From contig OZ024744.1 of assembly GCA_964016885.1 (NCBI GenBank), forward strand, positions 78,368,001 to 78,432,000: DNA of 64,000 bases, given 5' to 3'. A model generated the notes under the pieces. It did not search any database, was not told the DNA's origin, and saw only the letters and a list, made by a program, of their open reading frames with translations. A program made the translations under genes and the position numbers. Source of the stretch: Eledone cirrhosa. Taxonomy: Eukaryota. Below, in pieces: positions 47,601 through 59,004 of the stretch (within the stretch, counting starts at the first letter, position 1; every line of letters starts with the position of its first letter).

Positions 47601-48788
47601 GTTAGACAGGTTGTCACATTCTGTGACAAGTCATTGTCTGGAGGCCATGTCGTACTCATTTGGATCTGTATTTTTGCTTGGTTTCTAGTGTGGGCTGAGG
47701 AGTTTTATCGTGGGTAAAAATAAAAAAATGAACGTCCAATTTTATCCTCTATATATTTGTATCATCATTCATTTTACGTCGTTTTATCCTGAATGCAATG
47801 TGTTAGGTGGGTTTTTTTCTAGCACATCTTTCCACTTGTATTACCTCTTCATATTCGTCAGTGAGCTTTAACAATTTCAGATAAGCTATGATAATTTCTG
47901 CCTAGGTCTTCCTCTGCTACAGCTCCTTTCCACTTCAACTGAGAATTCCTTGCACTAATTCATCCAGTGATCATCACCCATATGCATATATATATATGAA
48001 TGTATGTGTATTTGTATATATAATTCCAAGTAATTGGTGTTGGTTGATCAAGCAATCGGCTGGCTGTAGTGAGGCATAAGCACTCCGCAATGTAGGTACC
48101 CTAAGATGTTACCTAAATGGTAGAGGGAAATCTCTGAAACTCACTGAGATAACAAAAGATCCTGATGAATGGAAGAATGTTGTTGGAAAAACTGGCATAT
48201 TATACTGCTTGAAAACATGGAGAAATATTTGAGTTTTCATTCTACTCAATAATGTGAATGGTATTCTCTCTTGCTTTATCTGCCCAAGCTAATTTCAATA
48301 TGCAGCATGCACTTAACCATTTTTCATAGAAACTATGTAATCAAGATTTCCAGGGCACTAAAATTCCTGTTTACAAAATAATGTATGGTGTAGTTTGTGA
48401 TGTATAATGACATTTATATTGATGTTTTAATTTCAATATGAATAGGTAAATGTAAGCAGTCTCAGACACTTGGGTATTCTACACTTATGAGGTAGTATAT
48501 ATAATTCAAGAGTTAGAGGACTGTACTTAGAAATAACTATTGTAGTTTTATATTGTATGGTTTCATGCTTTACTAATTTGTTTTATTTTTTTAACAGGTG
48601 TCTTAAAAAAATTATTTGTTATACTATATAAAGAGGAAGTAATTTCTAAACAAGCCTTCATCAGTTGGGGAAAGAGTTCTGAGCCTTCCGAACACGGAGG
48701 CCGAGGTGTTGCCCTTAAACAAGTCTCACAGTTTTTGAATGACCTTGAAAGGGTTGATGATGAGGAAATTGAAGCAGATGACAGTTGA
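26408..48788 (+). CDS. EIF4G: Eukaryotic translation initiation factor 4 gamma (eIF4G1/3-like), 21 coding exons, 5'-partial: join(26408..26627,27019..27152,27762..27860,28484..28651,29292..29426,32507..32566,32940..33083,33281..33360,37056..37212,37504..37801,38285..38394,40133..40245,40618..40812,40997..41132,41451..41614,44479..44683,45181..45276,45496..45633,46115..46196,47016..47150,48598..48788)
   Basis: Manual splicing gives all GT..AG introns, consistent phases and a 3060-nt frame ending in TGA. Motifs: [18 protein letters not shown] (eIF4E-binding YxxxxLphi), DFTP, MIF4G ([47 protein letters not shown]), MA3 ([14 protein letters not shown]) and W2 (GRGVALKQV plus acidic tail). Confidence 0.95.
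27019..27152 (+). CDS. EIF4G: eIF4G exon with eIF4E-binding motif
   Basis: [30 protein letters not shown]; ccag| acceptor, |gtaaat donor. Confidence 0.95.
27762..27860 (+). CDS. EIF4G: eIF4G exon (DFTP motif)
   Basis: tttttcag|CCA..GCT|gtaagt; 33 codons including FDFTPKF. Confidence 0.85.
28484..28651 (+). CDS. EIF4G: eIF4G exon preceding MIF4G
   Basis: [10 protein letters not shown] motif; aag| acceptor, |gtgagt donor. Confidence 0.9.
29292..29426 (+). CDS. EIF4G: eIF4G exon, start of MIF4G
   Basis: [22 protein letters not shown]|gtaaac. Confidence 0.95.
29917..31454 (-). mobile_element. RTE subfamily B, decayed with internal deletions
   Basis: Reverse complement of the subfamily B tail at about 29917-29965; RT pieces [19 protein letters not shown] and VTWWWNS. 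Confidence 0.9.
31455..31855 (+). mobile_element. piggyBac (PGBD4-like) transposase N-terminal fragment, second family
   Basis: [42 protein letters not shown] is the DDE_Tnp_1_7 N-terminal pattern; contains an internal stop. Confidence 0.75.
32317..32476 (+). mobile_element. tRNA-derived SINE remnant
   Basis: B-box-like GAGTTCAAATC followed by CTTTGCCTTTCATCCTT..GGTCGATAAAATAA; ends just upstream of an eIF4G acceptor. Confidence 0.55.
32507..32566 (+). CDS. EIF4G: eIF4G exon, MIF4G
   Basis: [20 protein letters not shown]; ttctag| acceptor, |gtaagt donor. Confidence 0.93.
32940..33083 (+). CDS. EIF4G: eIF4G exon, MIF4G
   Basis: [17 protein letters not shown]; acag| acceptor, |gtgagt donor. 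Confidence 0.93.
33281..33360 (+). CDS. EIF4G: eIF4G exon, MIF4G
   Basis: [10 protein letters not shown]; ttcag| acceptor, |gtgagt donor. Confidence 0.93.
33414..35767 (+). mobile_element. RTE LINE subfamily B, 5'-truncated, young, in an eIF4G intron
   Basis: ORFs 33476-35752 with few frameshifts; full RT motif set (YVDD variant); the ORF stop lies immediately before the (ATG)n tail. Confidence 0.95.
35768..35897 (+). repeat. Local duplication of the eIF4G exon 3' half plus donor (35791-35874), flanked by a 23-bp direct repeat
   Basis: 35791-35850 is identical to 33311-33370; CTGTGTCTCAGAGAGAGTAACGT occurs at 35768 and 35875. Confidence 0.95.
36778..36900 (+). mobile_element. Short RTE subfamily B 3' fragment
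   Basis: Matches about 35617-35760 and has the AAGCGGACGTAAAATGATGA tail. Confidence 0.85.
37056..37212 (+). CDS. EIF4G: eIF4G exon, MIF4G
   Basis: [36 protein letters not shown]. Confidence 0.95.
37504..37801 (+). CDS. EIF4G: eIF4G exon, end of MIF4G
   Basis: [32 protein letters not shown]. Confidence 0.95.
38285..38394 (+). CDS. EIF4G: eIF4G exon, linker
   Basis: EDGWSTV motif; phases match the neighbouring exons. Confidence 0.88.
40133..40245 (+). CDS. EIF4G: eIF4G exon, linker
   Basis: [13 protein letters not shown] motif; ctag| acceptor, |gtattt donor. Confidence 0.9.
40280..40549. mobile_element. Palindromic (foldback) piggyBac-type MITE
   Basis: TTAA on both sides; ends CCTTTTTGTTACCA and TGGTAACAAAAAGT resemble the piggyBac TIR CCCTTTCGTTACCA; the arms are complementary almost to the centre. 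Confidence 0.8.
40618..40812 (+). CDS. EIF4G: eIF4G exon, Ser/Arg-rich linker
   Basis: (N)RFYAL motif formed across the junction; ttcag| acceptor, |gtgagt donor. Confidence 0.88.
40997..41132 (+). CDS. EIF4G: eIF4G exon, start of MA3
   Basis: [17 protein letters not shown]; tgcag| acceptor, |gtaaga donor. Confidence 0.88.
41451..41614 (+). CDS. EIF4G: eIF4G exon, MA3
   Basis: [24 protein letters not shown]. Confidence 0.9.
42112..44372 (-). mobile_element. Full-length decayed piggyBac DNA transposon (PGBD4-like transposase pseudogene)
   Basis: Perfect 14-bp TIRs CCCTTTCGTTACCA with TTAA TSDs (42108-42111, 44373-44376); fragments [34 protein letters not shown] and a C-terminal Cys-rich segment (CAFCKVALC); many frameshifts. 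Confidence 0.95.
44479..44683 (+). CDS. EIF4G: eIF4G exon, MA3
   Basis: [26 protein letters not shown]. Confidence 0.95.
45181..45276 (+). CDS. EIF4G: eIF4G exon
   Basis: [13 protein letters not shown]; atag| acceptor, |gtatgt donor. Confidence 0.92.
45380..45425 (+). mobile_element. About 45-nt RTE subfamily B terminus insertion
   Basis: CCTTGCAAGCAGGGAAAAAGCGGACGTAAAATG.., flanked by ATAGCCTT repeats. Confidence 0.8.
45496..45633 (+). CDS. EIF4G: eIF4G exon, start of W2
   Basis: KLEYTL..VITAWIE|gtaaac. Confidence 0.9.
45639..45712. repeat. (CT)n microsatellite
   Basis: Direct reading; lies just after an exon donor. Confidence 0.9.
46115..46196 (+). CDS. EIF4G: eIF4G exon, W2
   Basis: [26 protein letters not shown]. 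Confidence 0.9.
47016..47150 (+). CDS. EIF4G: eIF4G exon, W2
   Basis: [20 protein letters not shown]|gtaagt. Confidence 0.92.
48598..48788 (+). CDS. EIF4G: eIF4G terminal coding exon, W2 AA boxes
   Basis: [44 protein letters not shown]. Confidence 0.93.
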
Positions 48789-49336
48789 TTTTTTTTTTTC
48801 AATTTTTTTTTTAGGAAAAGAAAACATGGAATAACATGAAACACATATATGCCCACACACAAGTGTGTGTATGCACATTGAGCATGTATATATATATATA
48901 TATGTGTATATATATATATGTGTGCGTGTGTGTATATATATATATGTAAATGGATGTATGTTTGTATTGGAATGTATGTTATATATGCACACATGTATAG
49001 CTGTGAATATATACACGCATGTGTGTGTAATATATATGTGTGAGTGAGTGTGTGCACATATATAAATATATACACGTTAATGAATGCATGCAGTATGTAA
49101 GGAACATATATGCACATAGACAGGATGTTTTGCATATGTTCAAGCATCAACATCCATGTGGGTATCTGTGTCTATATATATATGTATGTATATATATGTG
49201 TACTTCAATGATTGTATATACATGGACATGTGGATAGGTGTGTATGTGTGTGCACATACACTTGCTTCTAGTTGTATTTATATGCACTCGCATGCAAATT
49301 TACATAACTGTATATATATATGTGTGTGTATATGTT

Positions 49337-49391
<55 letters not shown>

Positions 49392-49492
49392 GTTTGTGTA
49401 TATATTTGTACTTAACTGAGTGTATCTATATATGTATGCTTATGTACATGAAAATATATATGTATATACACGTGTATGAATGTGTGTATAAA

Positions 49493-49533
<41 letters not shown>

Positions 49534-50466
49534 GTATACATATGCCCATGTGTGTGTGTGTGTGTTTATATATATGTGTGTGTGTGCATATAAATATATC
49601 TATATATACACAGATATGCATACATATATATATATATATGCATATATATTAAAAAAAAAGAAATATATATATATATACATCTCCCGATAGGTTAATTAAA
49701 AAGGAAATTAAATTTTTTGTTTGTTGTTTCCTTTTCTTTTCTTTATTTATTTATGTTTGGTATTGGGGCTTAACAAAAATGAGCTGCCCTTTGCTAAGTG
49801 TGTAAGTGATGTGTATGCCGCAGATTTTGGATGCACACGTCATATGTGCAAACATGGGCGAGTGTGTGTATATATAATTATATATACATAACCAACTAGA
49901 CCAGTTTGTTGGGCAGCTAGTGATATTAATTTGAGTGCTTCTGTATATGTATATATTATATACATGTGTGTGTGTGTGTGTATATATGAATGCATGTGCC
50001 CCTTTTTTGGTTGCTTTTTTTTTTTCTTTTTTTTTCCTTACCTTTTTACTATATACAGAAATAAGTCTGTAATACTGATCCTAATAACAAATTTAATAAT
50101 AATAATAATGTTGATATTGAATATGACAATAAAACTTATAATGTTAATATGTGTATGGTGCTCTGTGATAAATCTGTTTTAAAGGTAATTGTCAACTTTT
50201 CCACTTGGGTCTCTCTTTTGTTACATTAGCATATATCATCCTGTTTGGTCTAGAGGATTGCCTTTGCTCTTCTACAGAGAGTACTAAGCCCTAACTCCAT
50301 TTTCACACGCACTTGATAAGTCATAATCTTTTGTCTCACCGCTACCCATTAGTCAATATTTCAATTTACTATGATCAATCAACCCTCTGAAATTAGCGTA
50401 AAACAATTCGTCTGTCAGCAATCTCTCCATGTATCTCTCGTAATTCTATCCAAGTCTATTACAATT

Positions 50467-50505
<39 letters not shown>

Positions 50506-51180
50506 TTTGAGCAGTTCATTGGAATATATTTTCTACTGTAAAGAAGGGAGGTCTAATATTCAGGTTGCTAATAATTTTTTCCGTGTGAGAGAGAAATAAT
50601 AGAGGGTTTTGTTACTGAACATGAGAGCAAAAGTAGCAAAATGGTGACAGTTGGTGTGGAGGGAGATGTATGAAGCATTAGATTTTGAGTGGGGTTCACA
50701 TTTTGCTGTATATTTCTCACTATACCCACATTGTATTTTGTCAAGATGTCATTGTGACCACTCTTCTATACTGGTATCAATTTAGAAGGGGTGGTTTTAG
50801 TTGCCTCTTACAATACAGGGTACCTATTTTAAAAGTTTGTTCCAGCTCTTTACATTCCAAGGTTGTTAAAGCACCAAAGTACTGGACTAAAACTGCTGAC
50901 TTTGTGCCAGTGCTAGAAATAATTATTGTTACAATTTATTACATAGAGTACATGGCATTTGATATATATCTGATTCTGATTTGAATATTTTAATTAAAAA
51001 GTTCTATTATTCCAACATACAGCACATTAGTTATTGCTAAGTTATCCAAGAACAGCCTCTGCTACTTACTATGTGTAAAGTGATTGTGTTTTTTTTTTTT
51101 GTCTTTTTTTTGCTGAGCCGTAGATGTTTATATCTACCTGGATTAGCAGAAAATTTTTTTCTACCTGGCCACTAATAAAA
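48789..51180 (+). other. Putative eIF4G 3' UTR, rich in TA/TG microsatellites; candidate AATAAA near 50128 and 51174
   Basis: Follows the stop codon. The end is inferred only from AATAAA hexamers. Confidence 0.35.
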
Positions 51181-51267
51181 ATACTAGGCATTTGAATTAA
51201 CAAATCGGTTTTTAGATATTTTCTACTAAATCATTACATCTCGAGGATTAAAGACTGATCACTAAAG

Positions 51268-51298
<31 letters not shown>

Positions 51299-52295
51299 AG
51301 TATTCCAAAATCTTTAAATGGCCATCGGAATAGTGTTTGTGAGACCGGAGCGAGAGCTTGATCATCAACTTGTCTTTTTTTTTTTTCACTACATATTAAG
51401 AATTCAATGTTTCTTAAGGGGCAGGCATTGGCTCTGGCTTTGTAGTAAAGAGGGATAAATCAGAATAGCATTTTCTAGGTGGGTTGATATGATGGCAATA
51501 AATTGTACTGCTTTGAAATAAGGAAATGCTGTCAGGGTGGAGTAGCTATTTGAACTCGGAACACGCAGCCTATTCAGGTACTTGCAAAGCATCCCATTTG
51601 ACTCTTTAACAAACCTGCCAACCTATCATTCCTTGACATCAAACGGACGAAGGGTAAAGTGACCATAGCATATGAACACAGAGCGCAGTGAGGCATTTAC
51701 TTTATATACTCTTGTATAAGCTAAGAAATGTGACAAAATCTTTTGTGGTAAAATGTTGGCTTATAGTCAAGGTCAATATTATTTTTTTTTTCACCAACTT
51801 CAAATTCTACACAAATAAGGTTTAAAATATTTTTGCTTTGAGTTACACTTTCAACATGAAATTCACATTTCCTATTGTTTTTTATGTTTTCAATGAATAT
51901 GGCCTTCAAAACAGTTGGAAATTGGTAAAAAAAAATTCATTTCATAATGAAATTGTAAAACAAAAACTACCCTAAATAACACTTAAACATTTAAAATATA
52001 TTCTCTACTCGTGACATTTTCAAAAAGCACCACCTAAACATAATGTGTTGATTACCTGCCTTGACTTATAAACTAGGTTTGTATTTTTTTTCCCTATTTC
52101 CCAGGCATAAAATAGCGATCAGCTTATATTTCAGTTCGGTAATCCATGTTAACTTTGTCCGTTTTAAATCTTAAAGTTAATCAAATTGGTTAATTGACAA
52201 ACTCACCTCTTACGTTAAGGTATTGGTTTCAAAATAAATGTCTCATAGATTCAATAATCTATGAGGATAAGTTTAAGTATACATCCAGAGAAACC

Positions 52296-52470
52296 TCCAG
52301 CCCACACTGTTAATGAGGTTGGTATTAGGAAGGGCATTCAGTTGTAGGGACCAAGCCAAAATCGGCCCTGTATGAGCAAGACATAGTCACCTGACCTGGC
52401 ATTGCTCACAACAGGACAATTTGTCTAACCCACGCTAGTGTAGAAAATGGACATTAAACTGGTGATGACA
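52296..52470 (+). mobile_element. RTE-A2/SINE 3' UTR fragment
   Basis: Diverged match to 23900-24070 (GAGGTTGGT.TTAGGAAGGGCAT..CAGGACAA..CTAACCCA). Confidence 0.75.
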
Positions 52471-53437
52471 ACAATTGCATTTATAGATTATATTTAAGTT
52501 ACACAGGCAATATTATTTTGAGATGTGGGGAGCAAGTACTCTTACTTATTTTGCAGAGGCTACTATTGTATAAAAATTAAAATTGTATTGCATTGGTACA
52601 TGATTTACAATCAATGTGTATTTAGCAATTGCACTAATTCAGATCTAAGAACTTGTGTAAAAATCTTTGTTAAATTAAACTCTAAGCACCAGGAAATTAT
52701 ATTAGTAAGTCTCTCTAAATTCTTTATCATTTTCTTAATTAATTGGAAACCATAGTCAATGTCTTTCATTAGAAATGTTTAGATGACATTAACATAAAGT
52801 AATTCAAGAGTTTCTTCTTTTTTGGTTACAAAGATGGATACATGATCCTACACACATCATTATTCTTGCATAGATACAGTCCACTGGCTACAAAAAGTAA
52901 AATTATACAGATAAAGACTTCAGAATTTAGATGATTCCAACCAGCATTAAGGAGGAGACTTTACTCTATATATTATTAAATGCTGTGTAGAAGTTAGTTT
53001 TCTTTTTGACTTGCACTCAATCTCTTGAAATCTTTTCAATATTATGTGTATATTGAGTAATGTAAATTCTAAAGGGTTAAACATGTCCCTTCACACGGGC
53101 TTCAAATTCAATAATTACCTCCAGGTAATCTTGCATTTATTACAGAGCAAAGATTAGCTTGCCTCCTCAAAACCAGAAAATATCCTAGGCCACATACAAA
53201 AGAAGGCAAATTGGTCCCTTGCTAATAGGATTTTTACCAAATTTGTTGAATTCTACTTCTCACCCATAATGGTTCTGTAAATAGCACTTCCACTGAGTAA
53301 AGTATCCAACTCTACAGTTACAACAAAGCCACTGGTCCTAGCAATATTGCTTCCCCTAGCTAGTGCTAGACCTTATATTCATCATGCTCTTCAGTTTCTC
53401 TCTCTAAAAACTATATTTAAAAGCAGTGTGGTGTGTA

Positions 53438-53597
53438 AAGTATCTCTATTCTTACCAACTATCATCCTATCACCTTGTGCCCCTCTCTCTTCTTTATGAC
53501 CACCACTATACCTTTCGTATTTCTAGCTCTCGTGGTGTGTTCCCAAGAAAAGTATCTCTATTCTTGCCAACTATCATCCTATCACCTTGTGCCCCTC
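53438..53597. repeat. About 48-bp direct repeat, 2 copies
   Basis: AAGTATCTCTATTCTT.CCAACTATCATCCTATCACCTTGTGCCC at about 53438 and 53549. Confidence 0.85.
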
Positions 53598-55500
53598 TAC
53601 TCACAGCACACTATTATTACACAACCATCGGAGCATACAAGCTTCGTTGTTTTCCAATTTTTGGAGGTCTTCTTCACACTGCGCCCAGGTCACACTAACA
53701 TGCAGCATTGTTGTTTGTATACACGCATCATACAATCTGCCTTTCATTTTATAGCTAGCAGTGGTAGTAGCTCCCTGAACGTACTCTATCCCATTCTCGT
53801 TCTGGCTACAGTATTTTCTGAACATCCACCTCCACTGCTAATTTGGTTATGCAGATAATAAAAGCAGTCAACTACTTTGGAACCCTCTAAGAATTTGATA
53901 GAGCTTGCTTGTTTCATGTGAACACTTGCAGCTTACTGCTCCTGTGCATCGACCACATACAAAACATACATTCTTAACTAGCCTGCCTGAGATCCCACTA
54001 CATGTTTTGTGTACCAATAGTTTGCATTTGGGACAAAGAATGGAATTTCTACCCACCCCTCCTTTCCTACACATTGAGCAAAGCCCTGAAAGCATCTTGT
54101 TTTCCTTTATACTTAGCAGAGTTGACTTTCAGACCTTTTTATTCCAAATTATGCTTCCAGTTCACAAATTTTTTTTTCTCTAATTCTGCCATAGATTCAG
54201 CTATGAGAGTTAAATCATCAGCATACAGGAGTTCCAGGTTTAAACTTTTTTTTATTATAGCTTGCAGGACAATAATAAACAAGAGGGCTAAAAACAGCCC
54301 TGATGGACACTTACCTGCATGCTAAATTCCTCACTATAATCATTAATTCCAAACCTTGCTGACTGCTCCTCAGTGCATTAGTTGTATCACTCTCATAAGT
54401 CACTCATCTACTCCTAATTTTCTAAGAGTCCACCAGATTATGGAATTAGGAATTATATCAAATGCTTTCTCCAGGTCAACAAATGGCAAGTAGAGGGGCT
54501 TACTTTGAGCTAGGTAATAAGAGGGCATTTGTGGTACTTTAACCTGCCACAATTCAGAACGGCATCTTATCTAGGTTAATTTTCTTTTTAATTAGTTGTA
54601 ACTCTCAAGACCTGGTGAACCAATTTGATTCCTCTGTAATTTCCTGTCTAGTGTATCATCTTTATCTTTCAAGCAGTTGATGCTAATGATATTTCAGTCA
54701 CTGGGTATGGCACCATTTTGTATTGATTTACAATACGTGTGGTTTAGATGTGTCCTATCATCCCAGAAGCTATCAGCATCTAGGGAAATATTCCCAATGG
54801 CCTAGCTGCTTTGCCTGTCTTCATATCCTTAGTAATGTTCTCTGCTTCCCCCATTCTTTCCATGCCTGTCTCTTGGCTTAAATTGTTTCATCCACCACCA
54901 AGCCACTCTCCTACTCCAGCTACAGACCTTGTTTGTGGTCGTCAGCAGATTATCTCTCACTGCTACTCTATATTGTATGTCACTATTTCTTCTTCCTTAT
55001 TGTCAAAAGCATCAAACAAGATATTCCTAAATTTGTTACAGGCTAAGAGCTCCTTCAACTTCCAGGTCGCCCTGTCTCTGAGTTCGCCTAGCCCTAATTA
55101 ATAAATTGCTGACTATTAGTTTGTTGGGAGGTGCATTCCTTAACGGGGAGAGATTTTGTGTTTACAATCATTTTATCTTGCCATGTGGTAGGGATAAAAT
55201 CTATTTGGCTGGTGTGCTCACCTGATCTATAGCTGATTAAGTGGTTGTCTGTTTTTTTGTTTTTTTAAATTAGTGTTACAGATCGTTAATTCATTAGCAT
55301 GGCAGAATTCCAGGAGCCTAGATCCTTCCTCATTTCTTACACTAAACCCATATCATCCATGGATCCTGTAGAAGCCATAACTGTTTTGCCCAACATGTCC
55401 AATAAAGTTTCCTGCTATGATTAACAGTTCCTTGTCATTCACTTGAGAAGTTGTCTGCATTAGGGATTTGTATAAGTCGTCCTTTAATTAATCTGATAGT
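53598..55500 (-). mobile_element. Old degraded RTE (subfamily A-like), extending into the endonuclease region
   Basis: Fragments [10 protein letters not shown] and CSMCRKG..CPKC..HKTC; many stops and deletions. Confidence 0.8.
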
Positions 55501-56129
55501 GTAATGAAAGAAAAACCAAAGCACGGTCAAGGTGAATGATGCACATATTCATACCTTCATAGACACATGAACTTGTGCATTAGGGGATCATGTCAATAGG
55601 GATGGGAGTGCATAGCCCTTTAGCATTTAAACTGGCTGTATCTGGCCAGAATTCTCTCACCTCTTTCTGCTCAAACTAGCTGTAACCAACCAGAATTCTC
55701 TCACCCCTTTTTTGTTCACAATGATGTTAAGATATTCTCAAAATAAATATCAATCTCATAGATTCAATATTATGTGAAATAAAGCCTTATAGTATATATA
55801 GAGTAATGTAGGCCAGGTATTGTTGGTGAGGAGTAAATTATTTGAGGTGGTTGTGATAGTGTCAGGAGGGGGACAAAGCTGGCAAAGATCATTAGGATGG
55901 GTTACTAATTGAAAAACCAACATTATTTACATATATATTTTACACCCAATATATATATATGTGTTATATACACACGCACCCGTGTATAATCTTCATCATC
56001 ATCATTTAATGTCCCTACTAGTAAGGGTTGGGAAAGTCTTCACAGACAGTCAGTACTAAAGTGGGGTGTCTGACCTCCCAGACGGTCTAGGATTTCGCAT
56101 TTTACTTACATATGGTCTCGCGTTCTACT

Positions 56130-56570
56130 GTGTCATTTTATCATGACACTAACATTAGAGATTGTCATGTCTTGGACACAGCTGAAGAGTCCTTCCTCCC
56201 AACCTTTTGTTAGTCAAGTTTTCTATGGCTAGATGCCCTTCCCATCAACAGCCACTTTATAGTGTGTACTTGTTGCATTTATCATGTAAATCACTAACAT
56301 TAGGGAGGTTGTCATGCCCTCGACACAACTGAAGAGTCCTGTCAACCCTCATAGACATGGTTTCTACAGTGGGATGCCCTTCCTATCACCAAACACTTTA
56401 CAGCATGTACTGGGTGTATTTATTGTGTAAAACACTAGGGAGGTTGTCATGTCCTTGACAGAACTGAAGGGTCCTTCCTATCATAATCACTTTGCAGGGT
56501 ATACTGGATGCATTTTCATGGCACCAATAGTAGAGAGGTTGTTGGTCATTGTCCAAACTGAAGAGCCCTC
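56130..56570. repeat. Degenerate tandem array (about 100-140 bp units) built from SINE/RTE 3' UTR-like sequence
   Basis: GAGGTTGTCATG..ACAACTGAAGAGTCC recurs about 4 times, with GATGCCCTTCC..CACTTTA segments. Confidence 0.6.
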
Positions 56571-56902
56571 ACTGCTTTGAGGGAAGGAAAGGAGAAGGCA
56601 TAAAATTATAGATGTATAGATGTGTGTTTTGACAGGGTGACCTTCAATAGCATAGAGTGTGAAGGGATGTATGGTGTTGAGAATACCTTATCCGAGATAG
56701 TGGTGGGAGATTGCACTCACCAGTGCATCAAGAAATAAGGAGTGGTAGTGGAGAAGATATATGTATTGTGCACAGAGGTGGAGAGGGTAGCTATTAGGTT
56801 GTGATAGTGAGCGTATCTATGGGTATTAGGTGTGGTAGCTAAAGAGTGATACTGGAGAGGGCATGTGTTGGATGGTAGTGTGCAGGGACAATATTTATAT
56901 AT

Positions 56903-58995
56903 ATCATTTTACGTCCACTTTTCCTTGCTTGCAAGGGTGGGACGGGTCCTATTCAGCACAGCATCTCTCCATTCGTCATCTCCTCTGTGAGCTCCAGCGA
57001 TCTGAGGTCAGCTCTCACCACATCCGCCCATGATTTTCATGGTCTACCTCTACTGGGATTTCTTGACACTTTTTCACCCAGCTGTCATCCTCCATACCAT
57101 CGCAGTCTTCTCTCTACAACTTATCCCTCTTATACACAGTTTCTCTCTCAACTCATCTATGCTTGGTCGTTCATACACATTAACATTACACATCCAACGG
57201 AGCATGCTTGCTTCATTTCTCTCCAGCCGTCGCATATCCTCTGCATTAGCCATGTCTCACTACTATGCAGCATCGCGCATCTCACACAGGCATCATATAA
57301 CCGGCCTTTCGTACGCAGGGAGAAACCCTTATATGTCAACAGAGGAAGCAGCTCCCTAAACTTCTACCAACCCGTTCTTATTCTAGATACTATGGCCTCG
57401 GAACACCCCCTCCCTTGGTATCAGAAGCTATCAACCACCTCTATAGATCCTACCTGCATTTGAAAAATGTGTCTATCACTGCCACTTCTAACAAATTTCC
57501 CTGAACATCTTGCATAAGTAGTTTCCCCTACCTCTTAATTGGCCTGTTATTCTACTACACCTCTTGTCTACCCAAGATCTACATTTTATAGAATTTATGC
57601 CAACTCCTTTTCTACATATTGGAACATAGCCATTTCCCTGATGGAATCAGAGTTTTGTCCTCTTTTCTACTCAACTTTTGTCTTCGCTATGTTCACTCTC
57701 AGTCCTCTTGATTCCAACTGCTGTTTCCATAGCCAGAATTTATTCTCTAACTCCTCTACTGATTCTGCTATAAGTACCAGATCATCTGCATAGAGAAGTT
57801 CCCATGGGCAGCCAGTCTTATACTCCTGTTATGGCTTGGAGAACTATAACGAATAAGAACGGGTTGAGGACCGAATCCTGATACACTCCTACTTGTATCT
57901 GGAATTCCTCACTAAGAGGGTATCTGTTGTACTTTTCCCAGGCACAAAACCAAACTGCATCTCATCTAATTTGACCATTTCTCCTGTCACTTTCATAACC
58001 TGATCCATCAGTTTTATGCCCCTATAATTGCTCCTCTCCAGAGTACCCCCTTTACTGTTGTAGCAATTTATGAGAATACTACTGCACCAGTTTTGGGGTA
58101 TGACTCTGCCATATAAAGCTTGATTGACTATACGTGCAACCAGTTTTGTTCCTACTTCTGATGCCTTCAGCATCTTAGCAACTATCCCTGACAGCCCAGT
58201 GGCCTTACCACTTTTCATTTCCTTAATTGCCTCTTTGACCCTATAGTTGTCAATCTCAATAGCTGGTCCCTCTGTCGGGTCTACTGGGGGTGGTTCCCAT
58301 TCATTCTCCACATTCACCAGTCTCTCATAATGACATTTCCAGGCCTCCTTTTTCTGAGCATCAGTGATGCTAAGTGCACCAACATCATTTCGAACACATT
58401 TATCTCTAACAACATCCTGATTTACACTGACACACTGCCTTGCAATGTGGAACTCCGCACGTCTCTGATCTTCCCCTTGCAGAACATTGGCAAACCTCCT
58501 ACTCTCAGCCTCCCTGCGTGCTAAGTACACCTGACATCTAGCTTCTCTCTTAGCGGCTGTATATCCTTCCCTACTCCCACCATTTTCCAAGCCTTTCATG
58601 CCAGTCTTTTGTCTCTAATGGCCTTATCTACTGTGCTGTTCCACCACCAGGTCACTCTTTGTCTGGTTAGAGCTCTGCTCCAGCCACAAGTTTCATCAGT
58701 AGCCTGCAGTAAGTTGTCTCATAAGAAATTCCAGTTATCATCTACGTCATACAACTCTAAATAGTCTTCTTTTTCGTCATACACACCTTGAAGGGCTTTC
58801 CTAAATTTATATTTTAGTGAAAGGTATTTTATTTTCCAGACCTTCCTGTCTATCTCATTCTGTCTCTTGCTTATTGAGATGTCATTAACGACTAACCTAT
58901 GTTGGGGGATACATTCTTCCCCGGGGTATGCCTTAGTATTTGAAACCATCTGTCTGCCCTGTTGCCTAACTAGCAATGAATTGATGGCCAAGAAT
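56903..58995 (-). mobile_element. RTE subfamily B, decayed and 5'-truncated
   Basis: Tail reverse complement at about 56903-56945; ORF pieces 57889-58599 and 58719-59000 (PQHRLVV, end of APE). Confidence 0.9.
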
Positions 58996-59004
58996 ATCAA
59001 ATAC

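Noticed and set aside
48563-49690. ORFs in and antisense to the eIF4G 3' region
   Set aside because: Low-complexity TA/TG repeat translations.
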